This document shows positions 58,583 through 64,000 of a DNA stretch of 64,000 nucleotides, in pieces (the first letter of the stretch is position 1; each line of letters starts with the position of its first letter). The translations under genes were made by a program, and so were the position numbers. The notes under the pieces were generated by a model. The model saw nothing but the letters and a program-made list of their open reading frames with translations. It was not told the origin of the DNA and did not search any database. This stretch comes from a virus (taxonomy: Duplodnaviria > Caudoviricetes), in IMG/VR virus record IMGVR_UViG_3300032167_007466, positions 32,001 to 96,000 of that record. One strand, given 5' to 3'.

Positions 58583-59677
58583 ATGGACGGTTTAGAAAAG
58601 TATATTTCGTGGGATGTTGATGAAGATAGTGGGTTTAGACGGCTTGTGCTTAATGAATTTGAGTCACCCATAACAGAAATGGAAAAGTTCAAAGAATATA
58701 CAGGAGACAAGAAGGTTTGCCCAATATGTAAGCGCAATCTCCCTAAAAACACATATTTTTTCGCATCTGGAGGTAGCAAACGATACGGTGGACTTCATTC
58801 CTATTGTAAGGAGTGTGAAGGAACAAGGTTTGGTTGGGGCAGAAAGAAGAATGCTGAATTATATGCAGAAAACAAAAAATACTGTAGAACTTGCGACAGA
58901 ATATTACCCTTAAACGAATTATATTTCCAAAAAAGTGATGGTAGATGCAATACAAAAACAGGATTTTCAAGCAATTGCAAGGAGTGTCAAAATCACACAT
59001 TTGGAACAAGAAGTATTAATGCGTTTAAAGATGATTTTGGTATTCGTGACGGATATAAAGTGTGTCATAATTGTATGTTGGAAATGCCAGACACCGATGA
59101 TTATTTTTATCATAAGTCAGAAAGAGAATATGGACAAACTGTTTGCAAGTCATGTATCGCAAAAAAGGCAGGACGAGAACTTACTAACTCCAGACATTTA
59201 AACAAAAGTAAAGTTTATATGTTGAAGGAAGGCGAAAAATTTTGTACATCTTGTGGAGAAATATTTAGAGAAGAAGATATTTTAAGAAATGGTGGTGTTT
59301 GTTTGTGTGACAAGTGTTATCGTGACAGAAACAAATATACATACGAAAAACGTCGTTCAAGAAAAATGAATTTAATATCCGATTTGACACAAGAAGAATG
59401 GAATGACACTTTAAGATATTTTGAGCACAAATGTGCGTATTGTGGAATTGAAGAAAGTGAATGTTTTGGTAGACATCATAAATATTTAGCACAAGAACAT
59501 ATAGTCGCACTAACAAAAGGTGGTCATTTTACAAAAAATAATATTATACCGGTGTGTCCTGTTTGTAATTCTTCTAAAGGCAACAAATCGCTTGACGCCT
59601 TTTATAATAGATGTGATAGTTTCACAACAGAAATGTACAAAAAAGTTAAGGATTTTGTTAGTGCAAATTCCTGTTAA
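58583..59677 (+). CDS. HNH endonuclease with multiple zinc fingers
   Basis: Repeated CxxC; CAYCG..EHIVALTKGG..NIIPVCPVCNSSK. Confidence 0.88.
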   Translation: MDGLEKYISWDVDEDSGFRRLVLNEFESPITEMEKFKEYTGDKKVCPICKRNLPKNTYFFASGGSKRYGGLHSYCKECEGTRFGWGRKKNAELYAENKKYCRTCDRILPLNELYFQKSDGRCNTKTGFSSNCKECQNHTFGTRSINAFKDDFGIRDGYKVCHNCMLEMPDTDDYFYHKSEREYGQTVCKSCIAKKAGRELTNSRHLNKSKVYMLKEGEKFCTSCGEIFREEDILRNGGVCLCDKCYRDRNKYTYEKRRSRKMNLISDLTQEEWNDTLRYFEHKCAYCGIEESECFGRHHKYLAQEHIVALTKGGHFTKNNIIPVCPVCNSSKGNKSLDAFYNRCDSFTTEMYKKVKDFVSANSC

Positions 59678-59756
59678 ATAAAACTGATTACTACTCCCCT
59701 CTCTATGATTTAGGGGAGTCTTTTTTATACCTAAATAGAGAGGAGGATTATTATAT

Positions 59757-61892
59757 ATGGATGATTTTATAGTCAAACTTATTGCGAGGTTGGATTCAAG
59801 CAAAACTCCCGACGATTTAAGAAAGATTGAACAAGAGTTAAATAAAAAAAAGATAAATCTTCAAACTGTATTAGATACAGCTACTACTCAAAAAGAACTT
59901 AAAAACCTTGCAAAACAGATGCGAGAAGTCTTAAAATCTGAGGGTATTGATATTGATACAAGCACCATTTTAAGTTCATTAAAAAAAGCACAAAAAGCAG
60001 CCGAAGATGCCAACAAAGCACAACAAGAAGGAACAAAAGAAAATATCCGTCTTCGCAAACAAGAGCTGGAGAATATTAGACAGAAAAACAAAGAGTTGGC
60101 GGCTGAAACCGATACAATCAAAAAGACCACTGCAAATGCAAAAGCGAGACATCGAGAGGAAATGGAAGCCATTGATGCCGAAAGGGAGGCACTTGCTAAG
60201 AAAAGAAGGCTTGAAGATGAAAGAGCACGAAAATCTACTTCTCAAACAAAAATGGACAATATCAAGTTTTCTTTGGATAACGGGCATGGTGTTAGTGCAT
60301 ATCAAAACAGAATAAATTCTCTTATTGCTGACTTTGAAAGATACGGTGTTGCAACAAACAAAGCAGAAGCCGAAACAGCTCAGCTACAACAGATTTTAAA
60401 TAATATGAAAGGGATGTCTGGTGAGCAATTAATAGCCGAAGCAGACAGACTCGAACAAGAATTTAAAGCCGTCAAGGTTTCTGTTGACCAAGCAAAGTTG
60501 TCTTTTGATAAATTTAACCAACCCGTTTCAACAGAAAAGGCTTCGTCATTAATTCTGAGAATAAACACATTTTTAAGCAAGAACACTAAAATAACCGAAG
60601 AGGCAAAGGTTAAGTTACAGGAATATGTGCGCTTGCTTGAGGGTGGCGGTGTAACGCTTGGAAAGTGGAATGAGTATAACAATGAACTCAAAAAAGTAGA
60701 AACCTCAATGCGTGGTCTTGGTAGACTTGGTGCTAACTTAAGACAACAAATGAAACAGGCTGCCGAAAGCTTTACTCAATGGGTTTCTGTAAGTTCTGCA
60801 ATTATGTTGGTTATCTCAAAAACCAAACAAGCAATGACTGAACTTAAAGAGGTTAACACACTTTTAACTGAGATTAGCAAGGCAAACGAAAACCTTTCCA
60901 AATCCCAATTAAAAGGCATTGGGAACAACGCGTTTGATGTTGCAAGTGATTACGGTAAAAAGGCAACTGATTATCTCGCTGGCGTTCAAGAAATGTCGAG
61001 AGCTGGTTATTATGATACAGCCGAAGAAATGGGTGAGCTTTCAGTAAAAGCTCAGGGTGCTGGCGATATGACGGCAGAAGTTGCAAACAAATTCATTGTG
61101 GCAACTGATAAAGCATATATGCTTGGCGGCTCGTTAAAAGATTTGACAAGCATTATGGATGGCGTAAACTACATAACCAATCATAATGCAATAAATATGA
61201 CTGAACTCTCGGAAGGATTTTCAGTTGTAGCGTCTACGGCTTCATCTTTTGGTGTAGAAGCAAACGAATTAACTGCCGCACTTGCGACTATGGGCTCAAG
61301 AACTCAACAGAGTGGTTCTGAGGTAGCCCGTGCATTCCGTGCAATTTTACTTAATATTAGGCAGGTTTCCGATGAAGAAGAAGGTATCGATGCCGAGGGT
61401 CTTACAAAGTATGAGAATGCTTGTAATGCACTCAACGTTTCTCTTAAAGAAACCAAGAATGGTGTGCTCCAGACGAGAGATGCTATGGATGTTTTGCACG
61501 ACCTTTCTATTGAATATAATAAACTTGACGAGAACGATTTAAGGAGAACAAACCTTCTTAATGCGGTTGGTGGAAAACTTAGAGCGACACAATTAGACGC
61601 GCTATTGCGTGGATGGTCTGAGTACGAAAAGATGCTCGGTCAGTTTGAAGATGGCACTGGTTCAATGGCAAAAGAAGCCGGAAAAACCGCAAATAGTTGG
61701 GAAGGCTCTATGAACAGGCTTTCCAACACTTGGACTGACACCATTGGAAATATTGCTGATTCTGATGGAGTAATTGGACTTATAAAATCCCTTGATTGGA
61801 TTTTAGATAAAATAAACAATCTCACAGACGCATTGGGCTCACTTGGTTCAATAGGAACTATAGCAGGCATAACACTTAACAAAAAGCTGGGT
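59757..61892 (+). CDS. Tape measure protein, 5' exon (TP901-family core)
   Basis: Coiled-coil N-terminus and TMP core (SGSEVARAFRAILLNI..); ends GGT then TAA at a group I 5' splice site. Confidence 0.88.
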
Positions 61893-62340
61893 TAATTATC
61901 GCATTTTAACTTACCGTAGGCTAAATGGTCTTGCGAGGCTCAGTGGTATATCTCGTGCCGGAATGAAAGATGTCTGGATAAAACACAAAGACAAATGGTT
62001 ATTCATTTTAAGATATACCTATGTTGTAAAATAAAATAAATAAACTGTATGGTAAGGTACAGGCTGTTATATATCTAAGTGTCAACTACTTAGATTTGGG
62101 ATTTAGAAATAACCCAACAAGGACGGGAAAGGCTCACGTGACTCTATAAATTAAGCGTGATGACCCAATTCGCAGAGGGGCGTACTGCTTTTAGTAAGTG
62201 CCACTCCCATCGACTATTAGACAGACACGGATAAACGAAAGTGGATACGTGAAGATATAGTCAAGCCGCCAACCTTGAGTAAGTTGGTAAAAAGTTGTTC
62301 GTTTGTCGTATGCGAAAGCCGAAATACGATGAGTAACACA
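61893..62340 (+). ncRNA. Group I intron ribozyme core in the tape measure gene (3' end not located)
   Basis: P1 CTGGGT/GCTCAG (61938-61943) with U-G; P GACGGGAAA, Q AATTCGCAG, R CATCGACTAT, S AAGATATAGTC; P8 CACG/CGTG; P9 CCAAC/GTTGG. Confidence 0.85.
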
Positions 62341-62434
62341 TCTCTTTTATTAGTCTGTATGTGTGAACAGATAATAAAATAAAGTGTATTCGTGCGATAA
62401 TTATAATTTACAATATATAAAGGATTATAGTACG

Positions 62435-62620
62435 ATGATCAAAACAAACAATAAGACAGCAAAGCACTTATTGCTTGATAGTGGAAAAGCAAGCACAAAT
62501 AACGAGTGTTTTGACAGAGCAAACGATGTTATTAAAATTAAAACTGATGTTGTTACAGATACGCAAGGGAATATAATAATAATTGAAACACCTCGACCAG
62601 AGTATTTATACACATTATAG
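62435..62620 (+). CDS. Small protein (61 aa), paralog of 62636-62797
   Basis: AAAGGA RBS; NDVIKIKTDVVTDTQGNIIIIETPRPEYL. Confidence 0.65.
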   Translation: MIKTNNKTAKHLLLDSGKASTNNECFDRANDVIKIKTDVVTDTQGNIIIIETPRPEYLYTL

Positions 62621-62622
62621 TA

Positions 62623-62651
62623 AAACAGGAGACAGTTATTTGTCTCCTGTT
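62623..62651. terminator. Hairpin/bidirectional terminator between convergent ORFs
   Basis: AACAGGAGACA-gttatt-TGTCTCCTGTT. Confidence 0.65.
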
Positions 62652-62797
62652 AGTATTTCAGAATTATTTTCCGATTCTTTGAGAGAAAAGGTTTCTACTA
62701 AATATTCTGGTTTTGGGGTTACGACATTAATCGGAACGCCCTTGCTATCTGTTAACTGAATATCTGTGTTCATTTTTATAGCATCATTTTCTGACAT
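62636..62797 (-). CDS. Small protein (53 aa)
   Basis: Read manually: MSENDAIKMNTDIQLTDSKGVPINVVTPKPEYL...; GGAGGTGAG RBS; overlaps the upstream membrane gene. Confidence 0.7.
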   Translation of the reverse strand: MSENDAIKMNTDIQLTDSKGVPINVVTPKPEYLVETFSLKESENNSEILTGDK

Positions 62798-63362
62798 CTA
62801 TCTCACCTCCCTGCACATAAATTTCAGTAACTTCCTGAACATTTTGAGTCGATTCGTAATAATCAATGGAAACATTAATAGCAAAAGATAGGAATGTCAC
62901 TATAAATGTTGCTGTAATCATTTTAATCAAACTACGATGTCTATCATTTTTCTTAATGTTGAGTTCTCTATTATGGATAGCATCGTTAATAAAACGTTCA
63001 GCCATTTTTAATTCAAGAATTTCGTTAGCTTTATCTTTTTGATTTGTTTGAATTGAATTTAATACAGCAGTGTTTTGTGTGGCAATTGATTTTATTGGAA
63101 ATAACTGCGTTTTGTATCCAGAATATGTTCTAAAAAACATACCGATACAGATACAAAACATAATCGTAGATATTATGCAAAACACAAGATAAACACCAGT
63201 ATACCACAATAATTCGTAATTTTTAAATTGCGTCCATAACAATATTAATGCACTACCAATTATTGTTAAAAATGTAATACAAGTAGATATTTTACCGTTT
63301 AGACGGTCATTGAATTCTATTTCTTTGTAATAGAGTTCTTTGTATTCCTGAAGTAAATCCAC
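62784..63362 (-). CDS. Three-TM membrane protein (possible defence effector)
   Basis: Three hydrophobic helices, AAAGGAGG RBS. Confidence 0.7.
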   Translation of the reverse strand: MDLLQEYKELYYKEIEFNDRLNGKISTCITFLTIIGSALILLWTQFKNYELLWYTGVYLVFCIISTIMFCICIGMFFRTYSGYKTQLFPIKSIATQNTAVLNSIQTNQKDKANEILELKMAERFINDAIHNRELNIKKNDRHRSLIKMITATFIVTFLSFAINVSIDYYESTQNVQEVTEIYVQGGEIDVRK

Positions 63363-63395
63363 AATATGTATCCTCCTTTGTGTTCTTTAGAAAAT

Positions 63396-64000
63396 TTACT
63401 TGTGCCCGTGTAAATCCCTATTCAATGCTTCGAGCCAACCGCCGGGTTTCCACTTAAATCCACACTTCTTGCAGACATTCCTATGATTGCCTGAACCAAG
63501 AAATCCTGTGGTTAATGTAAAACCTCTTGTTCCTGATGTGATATCTGTAGAGCCACATTGAGGGCAAGTAAGTTGTTTTTCGGTTGGTTTAGGTTGAGAT
63601 TGAATTTGCTCTGCTTGTTTAGATTGGTTACGAAACTGAGACATTTTGAGTTCGTATTCTATAATGTCTTTTTCTTTGAGTTGTATCATTGCCCGAAGAA
63701 AAGATTGGTCTGTTGATATGTCTGTAATAGTGAAATAATCGTCTATGGATAGTTTATCTAAAATAGAACTGTCATTTACAACGATACAATGTTTTCCTAC
63801 GGGTACTCCACAATTTGGACACTTGTCTGCTATTCCAGTGGTTTTTGTTCCACAGATACGACAAAGAATACATGTGTTACTTGACATTAGTTCATCTAAG
63901 CTCATGTTACTAACTGGATAAAAATTATTTTGAGAACATACGGGACACTTTTCTATGTTTTCATCTACTTGATAGCCACAAGTTTTACAATACTTTTTCA
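63396..64000 (-). CDS. Multi zinc-ribbon protein (start at or just beyond the window edge)
   Basis: Frame open to 64000: CKTC..CPVC, CRIC..CPNC, CPQC..CKKC. Confidence 0.75.
   Translation of the reverse strand, partial: KKYCKTCGYQVDENIEKCPVCSQNNFYPVSNMSLDELMSSNTCILCRICGTKTTGIADKCPNCGVPVGKHCIVVNDSSILDKLSIDDYFTITDISTDQSFLRAMIQLKEKDIIEYELKMSQFRNQSKQAEQIQSQPKPTEKQLTCPQCGSTDITSGTRGFTLTTGFLGSGNHRNVCKKCGFKWKPGGWLEALNRDLHGHK

Larger units (their letters stand above)
1..64000. mobile_element. Large SPbeta-like (YonO-encoding) temperate siphophage/prophage, partial
   Basis: Terminase-portal-capsid-tail-tape measure module, YonO-like RNAP, HU, cI/cro switch, tyrosine recombinases, dense small early ORFs, no host core genes. 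Confidence 0.92.

Noticed and set aside
62294-62400. Proximal 3' splice sites for the TMP intron (G62297 or G62386)
   Set aside because: They would add only 12 or about 77 non-TMP-like residues, and G62297 lies in a predicted P9.1 stem; disfavoured but not excluded
1-64000. CRISPR array or cas genes
   Set aside because: No regularly spaced direct repeats; the only RuvC protein is TnpB
1-64000. Stop-codon reassignment
   Set aside because: Genes are intact in the standard code, all three stops terminate genes, and no suppressor tRNA is visible

Overview
The whole window is part of a large, AT-rich, SPbeta-like temperate siphophage or prophage, most likely of a Clostridia/Bacillota host. No host housekeeping genes are visible. 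Left arm (1-25.4 kb, mostly minus strand): a solo TnpB, ParB/DUF262-like proteins, a SigH-like sigma factor, a SleB-like hydrolase, a cro/cI switch with operators, AIPR, an XRE + ImmA pair, a tyrosine recombinase, a type I toxin-antitoxin-like locus and about 35 small early genes. Many early-gene boundaries carry the same 16-bp imperfect palindrome with a 6-bp spacer. After a 1.1-kb non-coding strand switch, the + strand carries a YonO-like single-subunit RNA polymerase, a phosphoesterase, HU, tRNA-Glu, a second tyrosine recombinase, a probable ROOL large ncRNA and an anticodon-less tRNA-like RNA. These are followed by terminase (split in Walker A by a group I intron with a LAGLIDADG ORF), portal, capsid, neck, tail and lysis genes, a broken RecU-like gene replaced by DUF1064 plus an endonuclease, and the tape measure gene. 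The tape measure ORF stops at a second group I intron with no matching 3' exon in the window. Downstream of that ribozyme core sit several cargo genes, including two convergent paralogous peptides. Leading candidates for an undescribed system are (i) this cargo-carrying intron and (ii) a recombination-site-like cassette array in the early region. All assignments are by eye; no database searches were run.
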